Shown here in pieces: positions 34,157-46,077 of a DNA stretch of 64,000 bases. The stretch covers positions 496,001 through 560,000 of the forward strand of contig CP145427.1 of the NCBI GenBank assembly GCA_036867785.1, written 5' to 3'. The notes under the pieces are model-generated. The model was not told the DNA's origin, did not search any database, and worked only from the letters and a program-made list of their open reading frames with translations. The first letter of the stretch is position 1; every line of letters starts with the position of its first letter. A program made the translations under genes and the position numbers. The stretch comes from Plasmodiophora brassicae (Eukaryota).

Positions 34157-37100
34157 ATCCCCAGATCATCTCGGCGCCTCGCAATCTCAGTTTTGATCAC
34201 TACGAGCAGTTGACACATTCAAACAGTGGTGTTTACATGGAAATACACACTTACTAAGATTCGTATGATTGTAGGAGTACTGGTCGACATCCTCTTCATT
34301 GAGATCATCGCGATGCCTCAGCCAGTCCTTCAAATCGTTGTGAATTTTCATCGTGGTGGGCTTCTTCTGTCCGCCATCGACAGCAAATACTCGTCACTGT
34401 AATAGCTATACAACCACGGTTTCGTCAGATTGTATAAGGTCATATCAAACCATGCCTGACCTACGCGGCACACAGAGTTTTCATATCGCTCCGCAGCGCG
34501 TTGCTCTGGGGCGTCATTGCTGCCCTGACATTCTCCTGTGACAGGTATTCCGCAATCGGCCCCTGTGGCAAGGGTTCTTTCCTCCTGCCCGAAAACGGAT
34601 CACGAGTAGGGCCAGGACTGGGCGACGTTGACCGTTCAGTCTCTGAACGGGCTTCCCGTGAAGGTCTGTGTTCGAATGGCAACAGTCAGATACCTGACAA
34701 AAGGGCCGACGACGTACTTGTACCTCGACGATGCTCGTCTTCGTCGCGCCATCTCGACCTACACCGCCCAATATCACTTCGAGTGGTTGTGGGCGCACGT
34801 CACGAATGAGCAGCCCGGATCGGACTGTGACTGGGTCGAGTTCACTGCGTGGGGGTTTGCGCAGCCTTCATCATGCAGCACCCCTCTCCCGAGCCGGTCC
34901 CCTCTCCCGAGCCGGCCGCACTGAATCTTGCAAAACGCCGCTCACTACGACTTCTCGTCACAAGGCTTCCGTATTCCACGATTTGAGCAGGAATAACAAT
35001 AAGTATCTGCTTACCCTAACGTACCCACGTCAGATTCTATTTCGTATTACATTTGTACATAACGGTCTCGACGTTTACGCCTGCGGTCCGCCGCTGGGTG
35101 TACGCGCCAGAGTTGTCGGCTTCCTCGGACTTGTCACTTGCCGCAACCTGTGTCGCCTCGCTGCACCGACATGCTTCTGACCCCACGTGTTCTTCGTGCC
35201 AGGAAGGCTGCACGAACGGATGCGGCCAGTTCGATTCCACCATCGGACAGCACTAGTCCATCGTCTCCAGTGCCCATCGTCGACACTCCTGTCGTCGATC
35301 ATTCGCCCGAGGATTCCGATTCATCTGTTTCCGATTCGTCGTATGACTCCGACCATGCATCAGCGGGCGCCGCCAAGATGCATGCTACCTATGATGCTGA
35401 ATCGAACATATCCAATGTCGATTTTGATGTCGGGGAAGCCCTTCCGCCCGATGCTGATGAATGTCTAGTCGAGTGCTCCGAAGCACTAGCGGCGCTGCTG
35501 AAAGCCCGCATTCCCGGGTTTGTCAGGCCCTCTGCTAAGCCTAGCAGTGGTCGGCAGCAGACTTTCTTCGTCCTCGACGAGATGTGCAAGTCCTCCCTGT
35601 CCGACGCCGCGTTTACTCGCATGTCTCAAGTTATTCATTCTACGGCGAAGCTGGCAAAGTTGCAGTGCGCTGGGGAATCTATCGCTGAGGTAACACGCAC
35701 GGTTGCATTGCAGGCGTTTCTGGTCGGCATTCTTTACCTTTCTTCACTGCGCAAACCTCCTTTTGTCAAAGGCATTTCCCAAGTCTGCCCTTGACAATAT
35801 CGTTTTGGAATTTCGCGCCGCTCTCGCTGAGATGGAGTATTTAGGGCCAGCGACCATGATGACCATATCAGTAAGAAATGCTTCACACGAGTGCTTTGAT
35901 TGTGTTGACGGCTGGTCGTAGGCCCATTCCATAATGCACATCCCTGATATCGTTAAACAGTTCGGCCCAATCAAGGGATTTGTCTGGAATTACTACGTGG
36001 AGCGATGGATGCACTACGTGAAACGCGCGTTATCCGCGACGATCGGGTTCGCGCGTAACATCGTACAAGCGTTCCAGGTGATGTCGGCGACAGCGAGGAA
36101 CCGGTAAGAGAACAGCACCAGGTTATTGTCATCATTGAGTTATTTACCGAGCACTTTGTCAGGGCTGACTGCCGATTGTTTCCCAACGCAAACCGGGAAC
36201 CGGTTTACGTTCGGAGATGCAGAAGAGGTCGACGAGCAGGATCAGAACGGGCTCGTGTTGGCGTTACCTGTGGACCAACCCGCCAGCGACCTGCTACTGT
36301 CGAGACACGATCGGGCTTGGCTGCACCGCCGTATGTACGGCAGTCAGGAATGGCGCACTGCCCATGCTCTTCCATACTTCGACGAGTACCGTGATGCATG
36401 TCATCAGTTTGCGCACGACGTCGGTCACTCTGTACGCGAGTACGTTGACATGTTCCGCGACGTCGACGCCTTTGACGAGTGGTGTTTAACCAACTTCGGT
36501 CGGCGGTTGCTTCCCACGAAAGTCAAAGTGTATCACCGGGCGTATTATGGTACGAACCCGCTGCATCAGCGCCTTTCACAACGTTGTCCTTACTTTGCTT
36601 TAGGTAATGTGTTATGGAGGACGACGCGGCTGGATCGCACGTTTCCAGGGAGCCAGAATGACCTGGTCTACACGATATCAGGAGACGAACATTACACCGG
36701 CCAGATCGAAGCGATTGGTCAATTCGAATTCCCTGGCGGCCCGCCGTTCAACGTGTTCATCTGTCAACGGTAATTGGGAGAAACTGCTGTTACCCAAGTG
36801 TCTGCATTTGAATCCGGTCATTTACACAGTTGGTGGAGGATGTACGTCCCAAGAAACTGCTAGTTGGGAATCGGCGCGTCGAGTTAAAGTTGCCACGATA
36901 TATTACCGGGGATGGCTTGGCGTCCGGACGTGAACTGTCGCCGTTCTTCCCGATCAATCAGTGGGTTCCGGCGAACGTCGTCTTGGTGCCCACGAAATTC
37001 CAGAGACGATCTCGCACAGTGGGTCGAACATGCGCGCCAGCTTTGTCTGTGTGCTGCCGAGGGCCAATGCGATTGTGGCGTCGTCCGTTGCATGCTCTAC

Positions 37101-37392
37101 GAGTGGATAAGTAAACGATGTTTGGTTGTACGTTCAAGCGCGGTGCTGAAGGCTTGTAGCACATTTGTATCCCCATCAGCGCAGTCCGTGGGCAGGCGGA
37201 AGAATGTATCACCAATGTGTCCACTGATGTAGCCGATTTGTAGCTCCTTCGCAAATTTGTATCCCCGCTGTAGCCGATATGCTGCCTGTGTATCTCTGGC
37301 TGCGACAGGGCATGCTGCACTGCTCCACCGTCTACACTGCCCTTTTCCGAACATGACCTGGATGCAGACGTAGAGATACGTAGGCTCGTTGC

Positions 37393-38328
37393 TAAGGAAG
37401 ACAATAACGAAGTGATTTATTCCGACCGACATCGGCGCGAGACGATGGCGACGTAACGCTGTGTAACAGGGCTCGCCAAGCCGTTACCGACCACGGCGAC
37501 ATTGGCGGAGCCTCTGCCGTGGACGTTACGCAGTCGCGCACAGTCACAGGGTCACCGTGTGTCGGTGGTACGACATTGTCCTCGACACGCCCCCTCCAAC
37601 GGCACGCGGTTGCATGCGGAAGACGGTCGAACGGACGTGTCCCGGCTGGAACTTTGGCTCTGGATCACAGACAACACGGCCTTGCACGTGCTCGTATGCC
37701 TTGGCTCGTTGACGCGACACGAGACGGATCGTGGCGTAGCTAGAGTTGACACGAATGGCGCGGTATGCTGGGGCGGAGTCGACAGTGACGACGCAGAGTG
37801 GCGGACTTGGCTCAGGACGACACCAACGCCGATACGTTATGTCGTGAAGAGGTTGGGGCCAGCGATTGATGCCCGTACGACCGGCGTACGCCTGGCGCTT
37901 ACGTCCCTGTACTGGTTCTGGGTTCCCGAAATGACGGCCTGTCTTGCTGGCGCGATCTGCCTTGGCTCTCTGGCGCGTGGCGCGGACTAGAGCGGGCGTT
38001 CGTGGCGCGTTGTGCAGAAACAGTGTCAGGGCAGAGACGCAGTGACGCGGGACTGGCACTGGATGGCACCGGCGCGCGGGGCGCCGGTGGGCTCGCCGCC
38101 TCGAAGCGCGTAGAACGCGTACGACTGTTAATCTAAGGAAGACAATAACGAAGTGATTTATTCCGACCGACATCGGCGCGAGACGATGGCGACGTAACGC
38201 TGTGTAACAGGGCTCGCCAAGCCGTTACCGACCACGGCGACATTGGCGGAGCCTCTGCCGTGGACGTTACGCAGTCGCGCACAGTCACAGGGTCACCGTG
38301 TGTCGGTGGTACGACATTGTCCTCGACA
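37393..38328 (-). mobile_element. TRIM-like miniature LTR element (936 bp) inside element 3
   Basis: 195-bp direct repeats at 37393-37587 and 38134-38328. 5-bp TSD gttgc. PPT ggaggggggcg on the minus strand next to the left LTR. No pol similarity in the 546-bp interior. Confidence 0.92.
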
Positions 38329-40159
38329 GTTGCTGCATTCGTGCGACACGTAGGCGTTACTTGGTTCGTGTGCGCGTTCAGATTGGTCACGCCCGTTTCT
38401 TGAGATTAGACTCATCGCGATAAGGACGGAGTTGTCAGCATAGTGACAGTTCTCAGCCATACTGACGACATCCACCCCCACGTGGGAGGTGGTCACCTCG
38501 TTCCAGGCACCCATCCATTCCAAATCACTCCAGCGAGTCACCAAACGTTCCATATTTCCCAGTGATCCATCCAACCGTCCCCATGTGGTGTACGACAAGT
38601 CATACGCCGACATTAAGGCACCATTTCCAATTCCCTCAGTTCCCAATTCGCACCCAGTTCCATCCAATTCCAGTTCCCGTTCCCCATGCACTGATTCTGT
38701 GAGTTGCGTCCAACACACTACATCAGCGCCGGTTGTGAGCTCACTACTGCGTCCAGTAAGTTCCGCTCGCAACCACCACGAAGACCCACACCGCGTCCAG
38801 CCATGTGCATCCGTAGTTAGTTCCGTTCCCATCCGATATCGGTTCACCGAAGCCCAATCTTTAGGAGTCCGATGACTGGCGTCCGTTTGACTACCAGGGT
38901 TAGCCGAAGTCCAATCTTTAGGATCCGACTGTGGTGGAGTGTTTCCCCATGCATATGCGAGTTCCGTACCGTTGGTTTCCATTTGGTACATGATCCCATT
39001 CAGTGGCCAATTTGCTGAATGTTCCCAGAATGAGTCCCGTGCCCAGTGGTTTGGGCCCCGTGCCCACGCAGGTGCTCCGCGCATCGTGCGTCCGATCGAC
39101 GTCCTTTCCGTTCTCGCGTCGGTGTTCCTCGTTGCCTATGTATAGTTAGCAACCTTCGACCAGCTACTTTACCATGTTCCAGCCGGTCCATCATCATATC
39201 GTCAATTCCGTTGTCGTTTAGTCCTCTGACGTCGCGCTCCTTTTGCTTGACGTCGTTTCGAGGCAGGCTGGCGATTCCCGTTCGTCGCCGCCGAGTTCAA
39301 CAGTGTTCGCAACTCCTCCGCCTGAGGGTGTTCCCAGTCGGTCATACAGATCACGAGCCATCGTCGGCACGTCCTCGATTGTGATGTTCGCCGGTTCCCA
39401 TGTGGCGTCCGATTCCTCGAATCCTTCCCAGAGCACTTTGATTTTGATTCACTTCTCGCTCGCATTGTATCGGCAGTCAGCTAGATTCTCCACCAAGAGC
39501 CTATGATTCGAGTGCTGAAGATGCTTCTTCATCGTCGCCGTCATGTTCAACTTCCCATCAGCGTATCGTCTGATCCGTTGGATGTGTGCCCGAAACTCCT
39601 TCTCGTGAAGAGGATCGTACAGCAAGTACACTTGATCGTTCAGTCGCTGCAGCACACGGAACGGGCCATTCCACTTGGCGATCAGTTTGTTCCCCGGGCC
39701 CATGTTCGGTCGTGTGCACAAGACGTAGTCGCCTGGAATGAATGCTTCATCGTCTCCAGGACGTAGCTGCCTGTTGTGCTGCTGGACATTGGCTCGATGC
39801 CGCTTCTCTTTGCCCATCTCGACATCCTTGTGTATGTTGTCGAAATCGTCCTTCATTTTCTCGATGTGCTGAGTACTGGTCGCAGGATTCACAGGTCGCC
39901 AATCGCTAGCCTTCAAGTCCCAGATCAGGTCTAGAGGATTCTCCGGTTGGATGCCAAACGCCGCCGTCACCGGTGCATGACCTCCACGACGCCTTGAAGG
40001 CGTATAGTCCATGGCATGCTGCACCAGCTGACATGCGTATGGCCAATTGTGGGTGTCGATCTGGTTCTCATTCAGTAGGCTCCTCATCATTTCCACGACC
40101 GTTCCATTCGCCCGTTCGACCGTTCCATTCGACCATGGACAGTACGCCAACGTGATGTG

Positions 40160-40354
40160 TGTCGAGGATCATGTCGTACCACCGGCACACGGTGACACCG
40201 TGACAGTGCGCGACTGCGTAACGTCCTCGGCAGAGGCTCCGCCACTGACGCCGTTGTCGGTAACGGCTTGGCAAGCCCCTGTTACACAGCGTTACATCGC
40301 CACCGTCTCGCGCCGATGTCGGTCGGAATAAATCACTTCGTTATCGTCTTCACA
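40160..40354 (+). mobile_element. Solo LTR related to the TRIM LTRs, inserted in the element 3 integrase
   Basis: TG...CA, 195 bp, 5-bp TSD atgtg. Removal restores HFAHHITLAYCPW. Confidence 0.92.
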
Positions 40355-41111
40355 ATGTGATGCGCAAAGTGACGTAGCCGACACAAATCCTCCATCACCT
40401 CAGCGGTGAAATGTGAACCGCCATCGGTAACCAGGATCTCTGGCGTCCCGAAGTCAGCGATCCACGCCATCAGGGAATCAGCTGCAGTCCGGGCCGTCGC
40501 GTTCGTGCAAGGAATCAGGCGGACGAGTCCCGAGAAGTCGTCCTTGAGCAGCAATATGTACTTGTAGTCGTGGTCCGCTCCGCGAACCGGCTCGACGTAC
40601 ATGTAGTCCATATGCAGCCCTGAAACCTTTCGTGACCGTGAACAGCCTGACCCAGCGGCCGCGGAACCCGTTCTCCTCCTCGAGTGGTGACGCAGTGCAG
40701 GCACTGATCGCACATTTGTTGCACGTTCTCCTCCACTCCAGTCCAGCGGAATCGTCTCATGACCGCTTCTTTGGTGGTTGTCCCGCCACGATGCATAGCG
40801 CTGCCGCAGTGCGCCACGACCAGGATCCGTAGTCGTAACGTCTCTGCGTCGTCATGGCTTGGAATTAACACCTGTCCAGAGTCAGATTTCCACAGTTTGT
40901 CGCGATCATCCCATTGCGCCTTGAATGCTGCCTTCTCGTCGTCGGTCAGCAGCTTCTGGGATTGTCGTATGTCGGCTTCACGAGGCCATTCGAATCCGTC
41001 GTGCGCCATGGGGGTTACTCGCAGGTCTTCCATGGACATGACTCGAGTTGCCCGACACGTAAGCGCGATTCGACCCGCGCCCCATCGCGTCAGTAGATCT
41101 GCCCACGCATT

Positions 41112-41295
41112 TGTCGAACAACGTATCCACTACGACCAGCAGCACATGCCTGCAGCACGTGAACGCCGTCACGCACTCCGCGACTCCGTGCCCGCCGGCG
41201 TTGGCAACCGTTACACCGTCGGCGACTACGTCGCCACTGTAACGTCCGCCGCACACGCCGTACGTAATACATCCACTCCATTATTGTCTTTCTCA
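41112..41295 (+). mobile_element. Solo LTR (TGTCGA-start family) inserted at the end of the element 3 RNase H
   Basis: TG...CA, 184 bp, 5-bp TSD gcatt. Removal restores GEDNAWADLL. Confidence 0.9.
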
Positions 41296-44200
41296 GCATT
41301 GTCCTCCCCGCTGATGTCCACCATCTTGTATCGGAATCCTTGCAGATGAACAGACCACCGCTCCAGCTTTGCGACTGTGTGCTTCTTCATCTCCATGTTG
41401 TTGATGAAGATGTAGCGTAGATTCCGATGATCGCAGTACAGCAGGAACTCACGTCCGGTTTGCAGCAAGAAATCGCCTCGCGTAGTCGCCTGGACGATCG
41501 CCGCTGCCTCTTTCTCGATGATAGGCCACCGTAGCTGCGTGTTGTCGAAGCGTTTCCCGTAGAACGCCAGCGGTTCATGTCGTTGCTCACTGATCGGCAA
41601 TTCGATGTCCTCCATTGGAATCTGAGTCACGACCGCCGACCATGCGAATTCGCTTGCGTCCGTGAAGAGGCAGGTCTGGAAATCCTTCTTGGGGTGGGCC
41701 AGTTGCACGTGTTCGACCAGCACCGCCCGCAGCTTCTCGAATGCTTCTCGTTGTCGTTCAGACCAGTCCATCGCGTCCACCGTCAATGAGGCATAAGAAC
41801 TGGACTTCGTTCGTTTCAGCTCCTCATTCGCCCGGTCAACGACCTCCTGTAGTGGCTCGATGATGTACGGGTAGTCCGGGATGCTCGTGCGCATCCATCC
41901 CACCGCCCACATCAGTTGCTGCAGGTCTTTAACCGTCTTCGGCTCCGGTATGCTTGTCAGAGCTGCTATCCGTTCCGGGTCATGTCGAATGCCGTTGCCA
42001 GAGTAGATCTTCCCGCACCAGACCAGCTCCCTGGCGAAGATCGTGCATTTCGTAGGGTTGAACTTCAGTCCGACTTCGCGTGCCCGTTCGAATACGTTGA
42101 CCAGCAGTTCCAGAAGCTCGGCCTCCGTCTTCGCGAATCCCAGCAGATCATCAATCCAGACCATCATTCGATCCATCAGGTCGTTGAAGATGTTCACCAT
42201 CCTTGCTTGGAATTGCGGGGCCGTGTTCAGTCCGCCCTGGATGCTTCGTGTAGGTGTCCAAACCGAATCGTCTGTCATGAATGAAAACATCACTTGACAA
42301 GATTTGTCCAGAGGCATCAACCAGAAGCCCTTGAAGGCATCCAAGCTGAAGAAACACGACATACCTTCGAGCTTGCGGGCTCCCGCCTCGATGTTCGGCA
42401 TGGGCCAGACAGTTGGCTCAGATCGCAGGTTCATCTGTCGAAGGTTGACGCATAGGCGGTAGCCGTCCCCGTGCGGCTTCTTAACGATCAGGACAGGACT
42501 AGCCCACTTCGAGTTCATGTTCGCAAAGATCAGGCCGTTGTCCTTCAGCATCCGTATCATGTCCGTCAAGAACTCCTTTTGTTTCGGATTGTACATGCGC
42601 GGCTTGCACCGATATGGTGTGGCACCGTCCTTCAGGTCCGTCCTCAGTGGTTCCACGTCCACAGGTGGGTCAGACCCCAGCGTCGTACGGAAATCGCCCA
42701 TGTGCTTGTTCAAGATCTTCCGCAGTCGCCTCAAGCCTTGCCTCGAAATGCCATTCTTCTTAGCCTGCTTGATCATATCGTTGACAGCCTTGCTGATTCC
42801 AGACGGATCAACCTTTCCGAGATCGATCTCACTGCGCGTCGGCTCGCCTTGGCTGTTCGCGTAGGGGTTGCATCCGTGGTTGGCGCTCAGTTCGATCATC
42901 TTGGCCGTCACCCTCTCCACCGTCTCGAGCGAGTCAGCATCGAACTGCATGACCCCATCGTTCGTTGACATCAGCGACTCCAACTGCTGTTTGGGATCAA
43001 TTCCCATAGCCGTGAGAATCGGGTTTCCGAGCAGCGTCTTCGCAATCATCGTCGAGATGTAGAATCGCATGTTGTACAGCGTCAATGTCCCGTGTTCGCC
43101 GTGCAGTTTCATGATCGGAACGGCAAGGACCTTCGAGCAGACCTCAGTGGTCTTGTCATCACCCAGGACAATCTCGATCGGATCAATCTCCTGTATCGCA
43201 GCTGCATCGTCAAGCCGTTCTGCAATGTTCGCCGGTATGACGTTGCCTCCACGACATTCGGAATCCAGAGCGCACTCGAATGTGGTCTCCCCGATGGTTG
43301 CCCTCAGAGTGTCATCGCTTGCATCACCATCGTACGTTCGAACACGTGCCGCGTTTATTCCGCGGTTGCCACTACCACGGCGCTCCTCCTCCGTCGGCGG
43401 TTGCGGGCAGTCGCTCACGTAGTGATCGCCCTTGCATCGGAAGCAACCACCTTTGGGGGATTTCTACGTGTCACGGTTGCCGTCCTGCTCATCTTCTCGA
43501 TTACGTCCTCCGTTTCGCTGGCTTCCGCCTCCCGCAGGTACGACTTCTTGCTGTCCTCCTGGTGTGTCCCGACCGGATCCTTCAGTCTTGTGTCGACCAT
43601 GACCTTCTCCGCGTCGTCCGTTCGGGCCTTCGCGCTCATGACCGCGTCCGTTGCGCTGGAATCCGCCACCGAATCGTTGACGCTTGGGAGTGGGTTCCGG
43701 GGACCGTCGACCGTCTCGCTTGTTGACCTTAACACCGCGAGGGTAGTTGCCGCCATTGCCCTTCGCGATTGCCCTCAGTTGTGCGACCGTCTCCTTGTCA
43801 GATGTGCTCGGGTTGCCCAGCACGTCGACGACCGAATTCGCGTATCAGATGGCTTCCTGGAACAGGCCCTCGATGTCGCCAGTGCGCGCTTCTGGATCCC
43901 GTTCTACCCAGTCGACCATGTGTTTCTGCAGCGGAATCGGCTTGACGGCATCCACCACTAGCTTGCCGAAGACGCGCCTCCCCGCCTGGTCGTCGTTCAT
44001 CCACTCCAGGCCGTTTTGGGACACCAGACGCCGCAACTCGAATCGTATCGACTTGATCCTGTCGATCAGGAATGGTAGCTTCGTGTTCATGGCCAGTTCG
44101 TTCGCCAGCAACTTCTCCGCCGCCTTCAGATTGTGCGCCATTCGGCTCCCCAGCTGTGCAATCTCCTCGGCCATCCATGCCTCGAGGTGAGCGTCCGTCA

Positions 44201-44629
44201 TCTCCTGCTCGTCCTGGAGTCCCAGCTCGTCCATCGCAATTGCCTGTCGTTCATGAAACGTGAAGCAGTTCCGGATTGAGACTGGGCCGCGTCGTTCTCG
44301 CTCCGGCAGGTACGCCTCCGCCTCCGACGTGATGCGACAGTAGTCCGTGTACTGCTCCTCCAACTTCTTCAGTGAGCTCGGGTCCAGCCCCTCCGCCATT
44401 GGCTGCTGCCCGGGCTTCAATCGTCGTGCCATAGTGCTTTGGATCTCGTCGATCGCGCTAAAACCGGTTTTGTAGATCGTGTATAGAGAACCTCAGCGTC
44501 CTCGCTCCCAGATCTCCTGATCCGTCTCCTCCATGCCGTCCGGCCTTCCCGCATGCCGTACGGACTCTCCCTGGTCTTAGGGCTGCCTCTCCTAGATGCT
44601 GTTCTTGGTATCTCTGGCTGCGACAGGGC

Positions 44630-46077
44630 TTTGTCCGCTTGGCGGAAAAGTTCCGATCTCGTTGAACCCTGCGCTCTCCGACGCGCTGTTGTTCTTCAAC
44701 TTCAGAGACTACGACAACATTCTCGAGATGGCGGCTCATCTTGAGTCGAAATACCCAATCGCCGCCATCAACGCTGGCGGTGATGCAAGGCCGGCACAAC
44801 CCCTGGCTTGCCACTATTGTCGCGAAGTTGGGCATTTTATTGCGTCCTGCCCGAAGAGGCCACCGTGCCCGCACTGTCGTAAGGTTGGCCACCGCTCATC
44901 GCTGTGTCCCGAGCGGTCCGGCAACCCTCTCCACGTCACTGATCTGTTCCTTATGACGTCTCCTTCAATACCGCATCTGTGGTACCGGTATGCTTTGTTA
45001 TCGGCTCACGCCGTGTCAACACTTTCGCCCTGTTAGATTGTGGTGCGACTTCCAACTTCATCGACTGGTCGTTCTGTCGTCACCACGAAATACCGATTCG
45101 TTCTAAATCGCGTGCCATTCCTCTTCGCGTCATCGACGGGCGACACCTGTCTCCAGTAACTCAAGAAACCGCCCCGCTACGTGCTACCGTCGACGGATGT
45201 TTCGACAGCGACGTCGTCCTGAACATGATCCACTCGCCTCAACACCCTGTCATTCTTGGGCTGCCTTGGTTGGCGGATACAAACCCAGATATCGATTGGC
45301 GTCAGCGCCGCCTACAGCGCCGCGGAGATACCCTCGTGGGGATGTCACGCCGTACAGAAGACGTCCATGAGTCTGGGTCCGTCGTCTCTTCGGCGGGACC
45401 ATTTGCAACAGTAAAGCGCGGGGATAGTCTCTCAGCTGGTGTCTCACCTCCTGCACGACGCGTTCCTGCGCCTGCGTGTGCCATCCCTTCAGCTGAATCA
45501 CTCGAAACGTTGCCGCTTACATCCGTGTTTGTCGACGGCAAGCTGGCTTCCGTAGCTAACGACGACCACCCGGAGTGCCACATTGCCAGTGCTGCCGTCG
45601 ACGACAGGCCGAGCCCTTCCGCTTTCAATTATGGTAGCATCCCGGGGGTCGCCGCCTTCAATGATACTGTTGCCCCCAGCCGCACCGAACTCTTATCATT
45701 GTCCCGTTCAGGCTCCGAGTCCACGCCCCCTATGTCCTCCTTCCGGAACTGGGGCCCCGTTCGACGCGGGGTGAGACGGTCTCTCCCGCCGCCCCCGCCG
45801 TCTCCCTCCAATGATGGCTTCCGGGACGGCCACAGCCTCAATCTTCTGATGTTCGCAACCTTTGTCGCCCTGACCTGGATCCTAGTTGGGTGGCCGTATT
45901 TTCCAATAGCACAGCTGTGTACGAGCGCCTCTGCGGAACCCCCGCCCTTGAATGCACCCGCCGAGTCCTTCTTTGCACCTTTTGCTACGCTAGAGGATGA
46001 CCAGGCCTCATCAACCTCGATCGCGTTTCTCAACCCCGATCTCATGTTCCTGGACGTCGTCGCACGTGCGTTTGCCC
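44630..46077 (+). pseudogene. Gag-protease fragment of a different gypsy lineage
   Basis: Two knuckles CHYCREVGHFIASC and CPHCRKVGHRSSLC, then ALLDCGATSNFID...VILGLPWL...NPDIDW in a shifted frame. No LTR of its own is visible. Confidence 0.75.

Larger units (their letters stand above)
26747..37290 (+). mobile_element. CMC/EnSpm (CACTA-like) DNA transposon with CACAG ends, internally deleted
   Basis: TIR cacaggcagca / tgctgcctgtg. 3-bp TSD tat at 26744-26746 and 37291-37293. Dozens of gctaca/tgtagc subterminal repeats. HSIMHIPDIVKQFGPIKGFVWNYYVERW transposase motif near 35924-36030. Confidence 0.85.
39220..44432 (-). pseudogene. Disrupted gag-pol of element 3
   Basis: Gag ATG at 44432; VWIDDLL RT motif; LFTDAS; integrase HMDYM/VTDGGSHF; chromodomain fragments. 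Multiple frameshifts and two solo-LTR insertions. Confidence 0.88.
25945..44629 (-). mobile_element. Chromodomain Ty3/gypsy element 3, degenerate and host of many nested insertions
   Basis: The 3' LTR is reassembled from 25945-25995, 26657-26746 and 37294-37336 (TGTAGA...TCTACA). The 5' LTR is 44471-44629, truncated on the right. PPT at 37337-37348 as in elements 1 and 2. Confidence 0.85.

Noticed and set aside
38293-39084. 263-aa extra ORF (env-like) downstream of element 3 pol
   Set aside because: No recognisable motif or transmembrane pattern, it runs into the TRIM LTR, and it overlaps local repeats. Probably noncoding.
44612-44629. tggctgcgacagggc as a tRNA PBS for a plus-strand element starting at 44471
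   Set aside because: The same sequence occurs at 37297-37311 inside the reassembled LTR of element 3. It is LTR-internal, and the LTR belongs to the minus-strand element.
44900-45036. Programmed -1 frameshift between gag and protease
   Set aside because: No clear slippery heptamer, and the protease frame has a stop at 44940. A mutational indel is as likely.
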